A stretch of 64,000 nt of DNA from Methylocystis sp. (GTDB lineage: Bacteria > Pseudomonadota > Alphaproteobacteria > Rhizobiales > Beijerinckiaceae), in assembly GCA_040399965.1 (NCBI GenBank), contig JBBARD010000001.1:14187-78186 (forward strand), read 5' to 3'. Shown here piece by piece: positions 26,771 to 37,422 of this stretch (position 1 is its first letter; every line of letters begins with the position of its first letter). A program made the translations under genes and the position numbers. The notes beneath the pieces were generated by a model that worked only from the letters and a program-made list of their open reading frames with translations, was not told the DNA's origin and ran no database searches.

Positions 26771-28029
26771 CCGCCGCCCTTCCGACTGCTTGACGTGGCC
26801 CACCATGGGCTTGGGTCAATCGAGGCTCCGTCTTTACGGAACTCGACGTATAAAATGGGTTTAGAAGCGCCAATTGCTATGCTCGCCGTCGTTTGCGCGA
26901 CGCCGTCTCCCATAACGCCGATTGGCTCGCCTGAAAGGACGAACTGGCCGACGTTCACGTTAGCGCGGTTCATTCCGGCAAGCACAACATAATAGCCGCC
27001 GCCGGCGTTGATGATCAAGAGTTGGCCATAGCTGCGGTAGGGTCCAGCATAGGAGACCCGGCCATCGCTGGGGGCGACGATGATTGCGTTCTCGCGCGTG
27101 GCGATGGAGACGCCCTTTTCCAAGCCGTCGTTGTTTGTCGCGCCATAGTTTCGGACGATCGATCCGACGGCGGGAAGACGCAGCTTGCCTTTGAGCTCGG
27201 TGAAGGCGATGACGGGCCCCAGACGGTCAGGGTCCCGGGGCGAGGCCGTCCCTCCTGTCGGCGACGTCCCGGCGTCGCGACGGTTCTGGGCGTCGCGCCC
27301 TTCAAGCCGCTTGATCAGGTCCTTCAGCGACGTCGCCTGTCGCGCCAGCGACCGGGCCCTGTCGTTTTCTGCGTTCAGCTCGTTTTGCGCCCCGGCGAGT
27401 TGTTCCTGGCGGGCCTGAACGGTCTGCGCCAGCTCCTCCCGCTGAGTCTTGAGCCGGGCGCTGGCCTCGGCCAGCCGGGCCTGTTCGACTCCAAGCTGCC
27501 GCCGCAGGCTCAATAAAGCGGTCAGGTCAGCCTGCAGGACCTTTGCTTGCGTCCGGATCGGCTCCAGAGCCGTCTCCAGGGCCTGTCCGCCGCGCAGCGC
27601 GTCAAGCATGTCCTGCGGGCGGGTCAGCACGGCGGGCGGAGGCTTGCGTCCCATACGCTGGAGGATCGTGAGGATTTTTGCAATCTCGCCCCGGCGCCCG
27701 GCCAGCGCGCCGGCGAGGGTTTTTTCCTGCTGCGACAGAGAGTCGACGCGAATTTCGATCTCCGCCGCCTCCGTTTCGGCTTTCTGAAGGGCCGAGGTGG
27801 CTTCAAGCAACCGCATCTTCACTTGCGCCTGGCTTGCGGCGAGGTCTGCCACGGCGCCGGCGAGGTCGCGAGCGCGATTATGCGCCGCCTCGGCGCCGGT
27901 CTCAAGCTGGCGCAGCTGTTGACGCTTGCTGTCGAGATCGGCGGGCGTCGGCGCCTTCGGGCCGGCGACGCCCTGGCCTGCGATCAGAGCAAGAAAAGCG
28001 GCGACGCCTGTCGATCTTTGCCGGTTCAC
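26767..28029 (-). CDS. EnvC-like murein hydrolase activator (coiled coil plus LytM/M23 domain)
   Basis: Signal peptide, about 230 aa of coiled coil, and a C-terminal M23 fold. Confidence 0.8.
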   Translation of the reverse strand: MNRQRSTGVAAFLALIAGQGVAGPKAPTPADLDSKRQQLRQLETGAEAAHNRARDLAGAVADLAASQAQVKMRLLEATSALQKAETEAAEIEIRVDSLSQQEKTLAGALAGRRGEIAKILTILQRMGRKPPPAVLTRPQDMLDALRGGQALETALEPIRTQAKVLQADLTALLSLRRQLGVEQARLAEASARLKTQREELAQTVQARQEQLAGAQNELNAENDRARSLARQATSLKDLIKRLEGRDAQNRRDAGTSPTGGTASPRDPDRLGPVIAFTELKGKLRLPAVGSIVRNYGATNNDGLEKGVSIATRENAIIVAPSDGRVSYAGPYRSYGQLLIINAGGGYYVVLAGMNRANVNVGQFVLSGEPIGVMGDGVAQTTASIAIGASKPILYVEFRKDGASIDPSPWWATSSSRKGGG

Positions 28030-28097
28030 GCCGCGCGTCCCTGTTTCGAGATGACGGCGATCATGAGGGCGAATTCGGGTCCGATTTGGGCGCGGCG

Positions 28098-28913
28098 TCA
28101 GAATTTTCGGACGCCAAGCCGAATCGCTCCGGGCTCAAAGCCGACCGTTGGCTCGGTGTCCGCAACGACCGCCTGGCGTTTATCCAGCCCTTCACGATTG
28201 AGATAGCGAACAACCGCTTCGGCGCGCCGGCGGGCGAGCGACTGATTCTCGGGGCCGGGCGCGTCTCCCTGCGCGGATACCTCCAGATCTCCTGCGGGAC
28301 AAGCGCGTATGACGCTCGCCGCCGCGTCGAGCGCCTGCGCGAAGGAGCCGTGAATCGCGACTCTGCCGGGTTGAAATCGCATCGGTCCGGCGGCCATGGC
28401 GGCGGCGAGCGCTCGTCGGCAGTCGAGATCTGGAGAATCCCCGGCTGTCGCCGCAGAGGGAATCCTGGCGTCCGGCGAAGGGACCGTCGCGGCTGGCGAA
28501 GGGGGAATATCCCTGTTCGTCTGGGCCAGGCTGGCCGCAGCCTCTATTTCCTGGAGATAATCTGGCGCGCCGGTGACGGCGGCTCCCCACCACAACAGCG
28601 CCAGCGGGAGCAGACCCAGAGCCCAGCCGTCATGCGCGCGCAGGTCCCCTCCGGCGGTCATCGCGCCGAAGGCGGCGCCGAGCAAGTAAGCGATAAAGGC
28701 GGCGAGGGCGGCGCCGAGGTAGAGCGCCGGCGGCGCCTGCGCCGCGCCCAGCGCCAGAGCGAGCAGTCCGGCAAGGGCGGCGAGCCCGGTCCAGGCCAGC
28801 CAGCGAAGCCGGCGCTCGCGCCCCGGCCATCCGCGCGTCAGGAAGCCAACCGCGACGCCAAGGAAGAGAGCGGCGATGATCCAGAAACGCAGATGATTCA
28901 AAAAATCCGGCAT
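28098..28913 (-). CDS. membrane protein with C-terminal OmpA-like domain
   Basis: Four N-terminal TM helices. The C-terminus carries NQSLARRRAEAVVRYL, an OmpA_C-type peptidoglycan-binding signature. Confidence 0.6.
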   Translation of the reverse strand: MPDFLNHLRFWIIAALFLGVAVGFLTRGWPGRERRLRWLAWTGLAALAGLLALALGAAQAPPALYLGAALAAFIAYLLGAAFGAMTAGGDLRAHDGWALGLLPLALLWWGAAVTGAPDYLQEIEAAASLAQTNRDIPPSPAATVPSPDARIPSAATAGDSPDLDCRRALAAAMAAGPMRFQPGRVAIHGSFAQALDAAASVIRACPAGDLEVSAQGDAPGPENQSLARRRAEAVVRYLNREGLDKRQAVVADTEPTVGFEPGAIRLGVRKF

Positions 28914-28936
28914 TCCGGCGCTTTGCGGTGGTTTGC

Positions 28937-30055
28937 TCAGACGCGCATCGGCATCAACACATAGAGCGCGTTGGCGCCGTTGCGGTCCTGAATCAACGTC
29001 GGCGCGCCTGGATCGGCAAGTTTGAACAAGGTGGTGTCGCTGTCGAGCTGTTGCGAGATGTCGAGAAGGTAACGGGCATTGAAGCCGATATCGAGGGGTG
29101 GGCCATCATAGTCGGCCTCGATCTCCTCAATCGCCGACCCCTGATCGGGGTTGGTGACGGACAGCGTCAGCTTGCCCTCGGTCAAGGCAAGCTTCACCGC
29201 CCGGCCCCGTTCGGAGGAAATCGTCGAGACCCGGTCGACAGCCTTCTCGAACACGTCGCGATCGACCGTAAGTTGTTTGTCGTTGCCGGTCGGTATCACG
29301 CGGGCGTAATCGGGGAAGGTCCCATCGATCAATTTCGTGGTCAGCAGCGCGTCGCCGAAGGAGAAGCGCATCTTGTTGGCGGAGAGCTCGATGCTGACCT
29401 CGCCCTGGGCGTCCTCGATCAATCGCTGAACCTCCGCGACCGCCTTGCGCGGCAGGATCACGCCGGGCATGCCGCTGGAGCCTTCCGGCGCCGGAAGCTC
29501 CAGTCGGGCGAGACGGTGGCCGTCGGTCGCCACCGCGCGCAACATCGCCTGGCCATCGACCTCGAGCGTGTGAATATAGATGCCGTTAAGGTAATACCGC
29601 GTCTCCTCGCTGGAGATGGCGAATTGCGTCTTGCCGATCAGGCGTTTCAAATCTGCCGGGGACAGACTGAAACGATGGCTGAAATCGCCTGAGGTAACGT
29701 CCGGGAAGTCGCTTTCCGGCAGGCTTTGCAGATTGAAGCGCGAACGGCCCGAGCGCAGCGTCAGTTGTCCGGTTTCGCCGCCGCCATCGAGCGAGACCTG
29801 CGCGCCTTCCGGAAGCTTGCGAACAATGTCGTAGAGCGTGTGGGCGGGAAGGGTGGTCGCGCCCGCCTCGCCGACGTCGGCGACGGCCTTCTCTGTCACT
29901 TCGAGATCGAGATCGGTCGCCTTGAGCGTCAACGCGCCGTCTCGCGCGTCGATCAGCACATTGGCCAGGATCGGAATGGTCGTTCGCCGCTCGACAACGC
30001 GGTGAACATGACCCAACGCCCGCAAAAGGGCCGCTCTCTCGATCGTGACCTTCAT
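28937..30055 (-). CDS. dnaN: DNA polymerase III beta sliding clamp
   Basis: 372 aa. Contains TIPILANVLI, and the C-terminal ending LMPMRV is typical of DnaN. Confidence 0.95.
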   Translation of the reverse strand: MKVTIERAALLRALGHVHRVVERRTTIPILANVLIDARDGALTLKATDLDLEVTEKAVADVGEAGATTLPAHTLYDIVRKLPEGAQVSLDGGGETGQLTLRSGRSRFNLQSLPESDFPDVTSGDFSHRFSLSPADLKRLIGKTQFAISSEETRYYLNGIYIHTLEVDGQAMLRAVATDGHRLARLELPAPEGSSGMPGVILPRKAVAEVQRLIEDAQGEVSIELSANKMRFSFGDALLTTKLIDGTFPDYARVIPTGNDKQLTVDRDVFEKAVDRVSTISSERGRAVKLALTEGKLTLSVTNPDQGSAIEEIEADYDGPPLDIGFNARYLLDISQQLDSDTTLFKLADPGAPTLIQDRNGANALYVLMPMRV

Positions 30056-30285
30056 CGCCAGACATCTTCCGCATTCGCGCGCGGCGACGCCGCACGGATA
30101 AAAACTGTGGCGGAGGGGGGGGCGAATCGCAAGAGGCGCGGGACTTTCGGCTGTGAAAAACTCGTCCAGCGTCGATTTGGCCCGAACCTGACGTCGGCTT
30201 AACCGGCCCTTAAATCGTCGCGCCTAAGGGTGAGCGTTCAGGAAAGTCCGCCGCAAATCGCGTGCGGAGACTTTGGGCGGCTTGA

Positions 30286-32640
30286 ATGGCGCGCAACGAC
30301 AAACGTCGCGAACCCCGATTTTACGACGATGATGACGATTGGGACGGCGAACTTCGCGTCGATCCGAGGGAGTCTCGTCGCCGCGCCCGCCCGCCCCGCC
30401 GCCGCCGCGCCGCGCCGCGCCGGTCCGGCTCGTTGCTGGGAGGCCTGATTTACTGGACAATCACGCTGTCCTTATGGGGCGCCATCGCTGGGGCGGGGCT
30501 GGCGGTCTATTACGGCTCAAAACTGCCGCCCATCGACCAGCTAGCGATCCCGAAACGTCCGCCAAACATCGCCATCCTCGCAAACGACGGGGCGCCGCTG
30601 GCCAATCGCGGCGACACCGGCGGCGCGGCGATTCGGCTCGCGGATCTGCCGGCCTACCTTCCCAAGGCCTTCGTAGCCATTGAAGACCGGCGTTTCTACA
30701 CGCATTGGGGGCTCGATCCGGTCGGCGTCGGTCGCGCCGTCGTGAATAATCTTATCGGGCGCGGCGGCATGCAGGGCGGCTCGACCCTGACGCAGCAGCT
30801 GGCGAAAAACCTGTTCCTGACCCAGGAGCGCACGGTGTCGCGAAAAATTCAGGAGGTCATTCTCGCACTCTGGCTGGAGCACAAGTTCTCCAAGGACCAA
30901 ATTCTCGAACTTTATCTCAACCGCGTTTATTTCGGCGGCGGGGCCTATGGCGTCGAGGCGGCGACGCAACATTACTTCGGCCGCCCGGCCCGCGAGGCGA
31001 GCCTGTCCGAGGCGGCGGTGCTCGCCGGGCTAATGAAAGCGCCCAGCAAGCTCGCGCCCGACCGCAACCCTGAAGGCGCCGCCGAACGCGCCGCCCAGGT
31101 GATAACCGCCATGGCGCAGGAGGGGCACATCAGCGAAACGCAAGCGAAAAGGGCGCTTGCCGAGCCGGCCCAGACGAAACAGGCGATCAGCGGCGGATCA
31201 ATCAATTATGTCGCCGATTATGTGATGGACGTGCTCGACACAACTGTCGGGGCGATTGACGAGGACATCGTCGTCTGGACAACCGTCGATCGCAATTTAC
31301 AGATGGCGGCGGAAAACGCGCTGATCGCAGAACTCGACCTTAAGGGCGAAAAATTTGGCGTTACACAAGGGGCGCTGGTGTCGATTGAGCCCGACGGGGC
31401 TATCCGGGCGCTGGTCGGCGGGCGAGATTATGCGCGCAGTCAATTCAATCGCGCCGTGTCGGCGAAACGACAGCCGGGTTCGTCGTTCAAGCCCTTCGTG
31501 TATCTTGCGGGTCTCGAGCATGGTCTCACCCCTGATACCTTGCGCGAGGACGCGCCGCTCAACATCAAGGGCTGGCAGCCGGAGAATTACCACCGCGACT
31601 ATCAGGGACCCGTGACGCTGACGCGCGCGCTGGCGATGTCGCTCAACACCGTCGCCGTGCGCGTCGGACTTGAAGTCGGCGCGAAAAACGTCGTGAAGAC
31701 GGCGCATCGACTGGGCGTCAAATCCGATCTGCAGATCAATCCCTCCATCGCCCTTGGCACCTCGGAGGTCACGCCGCTGGAGATCGTCGCGGCCTATGCG
31801 CCCTTCGCCAATGGCGGCGTCGGCGTGCAGCCGCGCATCATTTCGCGCGTGACCACGGCGGCGGGTCGAGCGCTATACCAAGACGACGCTTCGACGCTCG
31901 GTCGTGTCGTCGAGCCGCAATATGTGGCGATGATGAACGCCATGATGCAGGAGACTCTGGCGACCGGCACGGCGCGCAGGGCTGATCTGCCGGGCTGGCA
32001 GGCGGCGGGCAAAACCGGCACCAGCCAGGATTTTCGCGACGCCTGGTTTATCGGCTACACAAGCCGCCTTGTCACCGGCGTCTGGCTGGGCAACGACGAT
32101 AATTCGCCGACGAAAAAAGCCTCCGGCAGCAATATGCCGGTCGAGATCTGGTCCCGTTACATGACCGCCGCCCATGCGGGCCTCGATCCCGTCGCTTTGC
32201 CGTCCGGGTCGTGGCGGTCCGACGCTATCGCCTTTCAGGACATCGCCAGACCGATCGTCAAGCCGCTGGACGAGCTGATCGGCATTCTGAATGGTCCCGC
32301 CGGGTCCGAAGGGGCGCCCGAAACGGCCGGGCAGGCTGTCGCTTCCCCGCCTAAGCCCCGACGGGCGTCGGGGGATCGCAGCCCGCGCGAACAGACTGCG
32401 GCCGCAGCGCCGACCTCTTCCCTGCGACCGCCGGCGAGTCTGGTCGGCGACAATTCGCCGCCCGCTTCACAGTCGACCACAGCGCATCGACCGGTTCGCG
32501 CCAAAGTGGCGCGCGAAACGGAGGAATTGCTCCCGCCTGAGGATATTCCGAATGTCGGAGCGATTCCGGCTCCGGCGACGCGGCGTAGCGCGCCAAGGCG
32601 CGATCGGACTATTTTCGACAGCCTGTTCGGCGGGGGCTGA
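30286..32640 (+). CDS. bifunctional class A penicillin-binding protein (GT51 transglycosylase plus transpeptidase)
   Basis: Contains EDRRFYTHWG, GGSTLTQQ, SSFKP, SLN and KTGTS motifs. Has a charged N-terminal tail and a Pro/Ala/Ser-rich C-terminal tail. Confidence 0.9.
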   Translation: MARNDKRREPRFYDDDDDWDGELRVDPRESRRRARPPRRRRAAPRRSGSLLGGLIYWTITLSLWGAIAGAGLAVYYGSKLPPIDQLAIPKRPPNIAILANDGAPLANRGDTGGAAIRLADLPAYLPKAFVAIEDRRFYTHWGLDPVGVGRAVVNNLIGRGGMQGGSTLTQQLAKNLFLTQERTVSRKIQEVILALWLEHKFSKDQILELYLNRVYFGGGAYGVEAATQHYFGRPAREASLSEAAVLAGLMKAPSKLAPDRNPEGAAERAAQVITAMAQEGHISETQAKRALAEPAQTKQAISGGSINYVADYVMDVLDTTVGAIDEDIVVWTTVDRNLQMAAENALIAELDLKGEKFGVTQGALVSIEPDGAIRALVGGRDYARSQFNRAVSAKRQPGSSFKPFVYLAGLEHGLTPDTLREDAPLNIKGWQPENYHRDYQGPVTLTRALAMSLNTVAVRVGLEVGAKNVVKTAHRLGVKSDLQINPSIALGTSEVTPLEIVAAYAPFANGGVGVQPRIISRVTTAAGRALYQDDASTLGRVVEPQYVAMMNAMMQETLATGTARRADLPGWQAAGKTGTSQDFRDAWFIGYTSRLVTGVWLGNDDNSPTKKASGSNMPVEIWSRYMTAAHAGLDPVALPSGSWRSDAIAFQDIARPIVKPLDELIGILNGPAGSEGAPETAGQAVASPPKPRRASGDRSPREQTAAAAPTSSLRPPASLVGDNSPPASQSTTAHRPVRAKVARETEELLPPEDIPNVGAIPAPATRRSAPRRDRTIFDSLFGGG

Positions 32641-32666
32641 GGCGCCGCTCCGCCGATAGGAACGGA

Positions 32667-32936
32667 TCAGTGCAGGCTGACCGTTCGCAGATCGTGTTCG
32701 CGGGCGCTGCCAAGCGCGCCCTGCGGCGAGTCCGCAATGGAGATCGGCGCGCCGTTCGCGCCAATCAGCGCAAACACCGTCAAACCTGGCTCCACGACCG
32801 GCGCATCCGGATATAAACGGCAAATATCCTCTGACCGCATCGGCTTCACATAGGCGATCATGCCGTCGCCCAGATGTGCGAACTGTTCCGGCGAAAGCGC
32901 CGGCGCCGCGCGCGCAATGTTGAATTTGGGCTCCAT
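32667..32936 (-). CDS. DUF1150 family protein
   Basis: ORF trimmed to ATG 32936 (GAGGAGCAGATT upstream). The sequence GMIAYVKPM...FALIGANGAPISIADS resembles DUF1150. Confidence 0.6.
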   Translation of the reverse strand: MEPKFNIARAAPALSPEQFAHLGDGMIAYVKPMRSEDICRLYPDAPVVEPGLTVFALIGANGAPISIADSPQGALGSAREHDLRTVSLH

Positions 32937-33047
32937 AATCTGCTCCTCTGGGCGTCCCTTCGACTGGCCCGTCTTGCGCCCCGTCCGGGGCCCCGTCTGG
33001 AGCTGGAAATGTGCATGGCCGGCAGCCATTGTAAGGGGTCTGGCAGG

Positions 33048-34298
33048 TTACAGCCCGAGCGCCAGCCGCGCCGGGTCCTCCAGAATTTCCTTGACCCGCA
33101 CCAGAAAAGTCACCGCTTCCTTGCCGTCGACGATGCGATGATCGTAGGAGAGCGCGAGATACATCATTGGCCGGATTTCGATTTTTCCGTCGATGACGAC
33201 CGGGCGCTCCTGAATCTTGTGCATGCCGAGAATGCCGGATTGCGGCGCGTTGAGGATCGGCGTCGACATCAAAGAACCGTAAACGCCGCCATTAGAAATC
33301 GTGAAGGTGCCGCCTTGCAGATCTGCAATGTCGAGCGATCCTTCCCTGGCTTTCTTGCCCAGCGCCGTAATGGTTTTCTCGATGTCGGCGAGCGACAGGC
33401 GGTCGGCGTCGCGAACCACCGGCACGACCAGGCCCCTGTCGGTTCCGACCGCCACGCCGACGTGGCAAAAATGCTTGTAAATGATGTCCTGTCCGTCGAT
33501 TTCGGCGTTAACGGCGGGAATCTCCTCCAGCGCCTGACAGCAGGCCTTCACGAAAAAGCCCATAAAGCCGAGCTTGACCCCATGTTTTTTGTCGAAGAGA
33601 TCCTTGTAGCTGGCGCGCATGGCGATCAGCGCCGACATATCGACCTCGTTGAAGGTCGTCAGCATGGCGGCGGCGTTTTGCGCTTCTTTCAGCCGCCGCG
33701 CGATGGTCTGGCGCAGCCGGGTCATTTTCACCCGCTCCTCTCGGCCGGCGTCGCTTGTCGAGGCCGGCGGGCGTAGTGCGATCGGGGTGGCGGCTGATTT
33801 GGCGGCGGCGGCGAGCACGTCGGACTTCAGCGCCTGTCCGCGCTTGCCGCTGCCGGCGATCTGCGCAACATCGACGCCTGTCTCTATGGCGATTTTAGCC
33901 GCGGCCGGCGACGGCGGCATGGCCGGACCAGTTTCCGGCGCCTGTCCGGGCGCCGGCGCAGAGGCGATGGCCACAGGAGCGGCGGGGGGCGTCACGATCG
34001 GGGCGACCACCGGCGCGGCAGGCGTCGAGGCTGTCGCCGGCGGCGGCTTCGATCCGCTCGCGACGCCTTCGACGATCTGGCCGAGAAGAGCGCCGGGGGT
34101 AACGGTCTCGCCCTCCCTGAAGGCGATGTCGGCCAGAACGCCGCTGGCGGGGGCGTTGACTTCCAGCGTCACCTTGTCGGTTTCGAGTTCGGCGAGCACC
34201 TCATCCGCCGTGACCGCGTCGCCGGCTTTTTTGAACCACTTGCCGATCGTGGCTTCGGTCACGGACTCGCCGAGTGTCGGAACGCGGATGTCGGTCAT
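33048..34298 (-). CDS. sucB: 2-oxoglutarate dehydrogenase E2, dihydrolipoyllysine-residue succinyltransferase
   Basis: Lipoyl site ETDKVTLEV, an Ala/Pro linker, and the catalytic motif DHRIVDG. Confidence 0.93.
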   Translation of the reverse strand: MTDIRVPTLGESVTEATIGKWFKKAGDAVTADEVLAELETDKVTLEVNAPASGVLADIAFREGETVTPGALLGQIVEGVASGSKPPPATASTPAAPVVAPIVTPPAAPVAIASAPAPGQAPETGPAMPPSPAAAKIAIETGVDVAQIAGSGKRGQALKSDVLAAAAKSAATPIALRPPASTSDAGREERVKMTRLRQTIARRLKEAQNAAAMLTTFNEVDMSALIAMRASYKDLFDKKHGVKLGFMGFFVKACCQALEEIPAVNAEIDGQDIIYKHFCHVGVAVGTDRGLVVPVVRDADRLSLADIEKTITALGKKAREGSLDIADLQGGTFTISNGGVYGSLMSTPILNAPQSGILGMHKIQERPVVIDGKIEIRPMMYLALSYDHRIVDGKEAVTFLVRVKEILEDPARLALGL

Positions 34299-34326
34299 GA
34301 ACGTCTCTCAGTCAAAAAATCCAGCC

Positions 34327-37293
34327 TCAGGCCGTGGCGAACGCCTCGTCGAGGAAAGCGCGCAGTTGCGCGAGATGTTTGGCCATGGTGCCTGTCGCCG
34401 TTGAGGCGGAGGCGGGACGCCCGGCGTAGCGTGGCCGATGGGCCTTGCCATCGAACTGCGTCAGCGCCCATTCGACGTAGGATTCAACGAAGAACCATGC
34501 GCCCATGTTGCGCGGCTCTTCCTGGCACCAGACGACATCGGCGTTCTTGAAACGCGATAAAGCCGTGACCAGCCCTTTCGCCGGGAAAGGATAAAGCTGC
34601 TCAATGCGCAGCAAATACACATCGTCGATCCCGCGTTTCTCCCGCTCTTCAAGAAGATCGTAATAGACCTTGCCGGAGCACAGGATCACGCGCCGGATGG
34701 CCATATCCGGTTTCAGGGTCGAGGTTTGCGTCGGCGTCATATCGGCGTCGTCGAGCAGGATTCGCTGAAAAGTCGCCGCCGTTCCGAATTCGCCGAGCCG
34801 CGAGACGCATCGCTTGTGGCGCAGTAGAGACTTCGGCGTCATCAACACCAGCGGTTTGCGCATGTTGCGATGGAGTTGACGGCGCAGGATGTGAAAATAA
34901 TTGGCCGGCGTCGAACAATTGGCGACCTGCATGTTATCTTCGGCGCAGAGTTGCAGATAACGTTCGAGACGCGCCGAGGAATGCTCCGGCCCCTGCCCCT
35001 CGTAGCCATGCGGCAAGAGGCAGACGAGACCCGACATGCGCAGCCATTTGCGTTCGCCGGCCGAAAGGAACTGGTCAAACACCACCTGCGCGCCATTGGC
35101 GAAGTCGCCGAACTGCGCCTCCCACAGCACCAGCGTATCTGGTTCGGCGAGAGAATATCCGTATTCGAAGCCCAGCACCGCCTCTTCCGACAGCATCGAA
35201 TTGATGACTTCGAAGCGTCCCTGCGTCGGCGCGACATGATCGAGCGGCAAATAGCGCGCTTCCGTCTCCTGATCGATCAGAACGCTATGGCGCTGGGAGA
35301 AGGTGCCGCGCTCGCAATCTTGTCCGGACAGGCGCACGCCGTGACCCTCGCCCAGCAAAGTCGCAAAGGCCAGCGTTTCGGCGGTCGCCCAGTCGATCGG
35401 CCCGTCCTGCGCGATCGCCTCGCGCCGGGCGTCGAGAAAGCGGCGGATGGTTTTGTGAACGTTGAATGTCGCAGGGATTTCGGTGATTCTCTGGCCGACG
35501 TCGCGAAGGTGGTCGATGGCCACGCCTGTCTGGCCGCGTCGCTCCGCCTCCGAGGTTTGATAGCCCGGCTTCAAACCGGCCCAGCGACCGTCCAGCCAGT
35601 CGGCCTTGTTGGGTTTATAGGTCTGGCTGGCCTCCATCTCCGTTTCGAGATGCGCCCGCCAGCCGGCTTTCATCTCGTCGAAGCCTTGCTGCGTGATCAG
35701 GCCCTCGCCGACGAGTTTCTCGCCGTAGATGTTCAGAGTCGTTCTGTGGCCGCGAATTTTTTTATACATCAACGGCTGCGTGAAGCCCGGCTCGTCGCCT
35801 TCGTTATGGCCGAATCGGCGGTAGCACCACATGTCGATGACGACCGGCTTCTGGAACTGCTGGCGGAATTCGGTGGCTACGCGGGCGGCGAACACCACTG
35901 CTTCCGGATCGTCGCCGTTGACGTGGAAAATCGGCGCCTCGACCATTTTCGCGACGTCGGAGGGATAGGGCGACGAGCGCGAGAACCTCGGATAGGTCGT
36001 GAAGCCGATCTGATTGTTGATGATGAAATGCAACGAACCGCCAGTGCGATGGCCTTTCAGGCCCGAGAGGCCGAAACATTCCGCGACAACGCCCTGCCCC
36101 GCAAATGCGGCGTCGCCGTGAATCAGCAACGGCAACACGGTGCGGCGGTCGCCGCCATGCTGATCCTGCTTGGCGCGCACCTTGCCCAGCACCACGGGAT
36201 CGACGATTTCGAGATGCGACGGATTGGCTGTGAGCGACAAATGCACCCTGTTGTCGTCAAAGGCGCGGTCGGATGAAGCGCCAAGATGGTATTTGACGTC
36301 GCCCGACCCCTCGACTTCGTCCGGCAAAAACGAACCGCCCTTGAATTCGTGAAACAGCGCGCGATGCGGCTTGGCCATCACCTGGCACAGGATATTCAAT
36401 CGACCGCGATGCGCCATGCCGAGAACGATTTCCTGCACGCCCAGCGCGCCGCCTCGCTTGATGATCTGCTCAAGCGCCGGAACGATGGACTCGGCGCCGT
36501 CGAGGCCAAAGCGTTTCGTGCCGGTGTATTTGACGTCGAGAAACTTTTCGAAGCCCTCGGCCTCGGTCAGCTTGTTGAGGATCGCCAGCCGGCCTTTTTC
36601 GGTAAAGACGATTTCCTTCTCCGGACCTTCGATCCGCCCCTGTAGCCAGGCTTTCTCCGCCGGATTAGAGATGTGCATGAATTCGAAGCCGATCGCGCCG
36701 CAGTAGGTGCGGCGCAGGATCGTCACCATCTCGAAAATCGTGGCGTATTGCAGTCCCAGCACGCCGTCGATGAAGATTTTGCGGTCGTAGTCGGCGTCGG
36801 TGAATCCGTAGGTCGCAGGATCGAGTTCGCCGTGATCCTGACGCTGCTCCAGGCCGAGGGGATCGAGGTTGGCGTGCAGATGGCCGCGCATGCGATAGGC
36901 GCGGATCATCATCAGCGCGCGCACCGAGTCGCGCGTCGCCCGCTGCACGTCCTCGGGAGTAGCGGCGACGGGCGCGGCGATCGGCGGGGCAGGGGCGACC
37001 AAGGACTCGCCGCCTTCGCCGGTGAGCGCCCCGGTCCAGTCGTCGCTGGCCGTCGTCGGCCAGTCGTCACGCGCCCAGCTTGGCCGCAGGCTTGCCGGCG
37101 TCACGCCCATATCGGCGAAGAATTTGCGCCACTCCGGGCTGACGCTCGCCGGATCGGCGGCGTAGGCCGAAAGCAGACCTTCGATATAGACGGCGTTCGC
37201 GCCCTGAAGGAAAGAAGTGTTGAGAAAAGACTCGTTTTGCGCCGACCGGGACCCCGCCGGTCCTGCGCCGCCATCGGTTTCCAGACGCGCCAT
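34327..37293 (-). CDS. sucA: 2-oxoglutarate dehydrogenase E1 component
   Basis: 988 aa from ATG 37293. SucA-like throughout, with a ThDP-binding region. Confidence 0.95.
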   Translation of the reverse strand: MARLETDGGAGPAGSRSAQNESFLNTSFLQGANAVYIEGLLSAYAADPASVSPEWRKFFADMGVTPASLRPSWARDDWPTTASDDWTGALTGEGGESLVAPAPPIAAPVAATPEDVQRATRDSVRALMMIRAYRMRGHLHANLDPLGLEQRQDHGELDPATYGFTDADYDRKIFIDGVLGLQYATIFEMVTILRRTYCGAIGFEFMHISNPAEKAWLQGRIEGPEKEIVFTEKGRLAILNKLTEAEGFEKFLDVKYTGTKRFGLDGAESIVPALEQIIKRGGALGVQEIVLGMAHRGRLNILCQVMAKPHRALFHEFKGGSFLPDEVEGSGDVKYHLGASSDRAFDDNRVHLSLTANPSHLEIVDPVVLGKVRAKQDQHGGDRRTVLPLLIHGDAAFAGQGVVAECFGLSGLKGHRTGGSLHFIINNQIGFTTYPRFSRSSPYPSDVAKMVEAPIFHVNGDDPEAVVFAARVATEFRQQFQKPVVIDMWCYRRFGHNEGDEPGFTQPLMYKKIRGHRTTLNIYGEKLVGEGLITQQGFDEMKAGWRAHLETEMEASQTYKPNKADWLDGRWAGLKPGYQTSEAERRGQTGVAIDHLRDVGQRITEIPATFNVHKTIRRFLDARREAIAQDGPIDWATAETLAFATLLGEGHGVRLSGQDCERGTFSQRHSVLIDQETEARYLPLDHVAPTQGRFEVINSMLSEEAVLGFEYGYSLAEPDTLVLWEAQFGDFANGAQVVFDQFLSAGERKWLRMSGLVCLLPHGYEGQGPEHSSARLERYLQLCAEDNMQVANCSTPANYFHILRRQLHRNMRKPLVLMTPKSLLRHKRCVSRLGEFGTAATFQRILLDDADMTPTQTSTLKPDMAIRRVILCSGKVYYDLLEEREKRGIDDVYLLRIEQLYPFPAKGLVTALSRFKNADVVWCQEEPRNMGAWFFVESYVEWALTQFDGKAHRPRYAGRPASASTATGTMAKHLAQLRAFLDEAFATA

Positions 37294-37422
37294 TGCACCG
37301 CTTCTCTCGACCGCCGGCCAAGGTCGTGAAACCTCAGATCGCCGGGGTCCGCCTGCGCGCCGCCGTTTTCCCGGCGGCGCAATCACTGCACGTTATATAT
37401 GGCGGCGCGCCGGGATGTGCGC

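Noticed and set aside
37294-37386. Long N-terminal extensions offered by the ORF track for sucA (to 37386), the catalase-like gene (to 40270), the di-haem gene (to 41991), ecm (from 7797), hss (from 21422), chpT (from 51194), dapD (from 59898) and secE (to 45095).
   Set aside because: The extensions are Arg-rich, overlap neighbouring genes or promoters, and lack an RBS. Internal ATGs with Shine-Dalgarno sequences give the lengths typical of each family.
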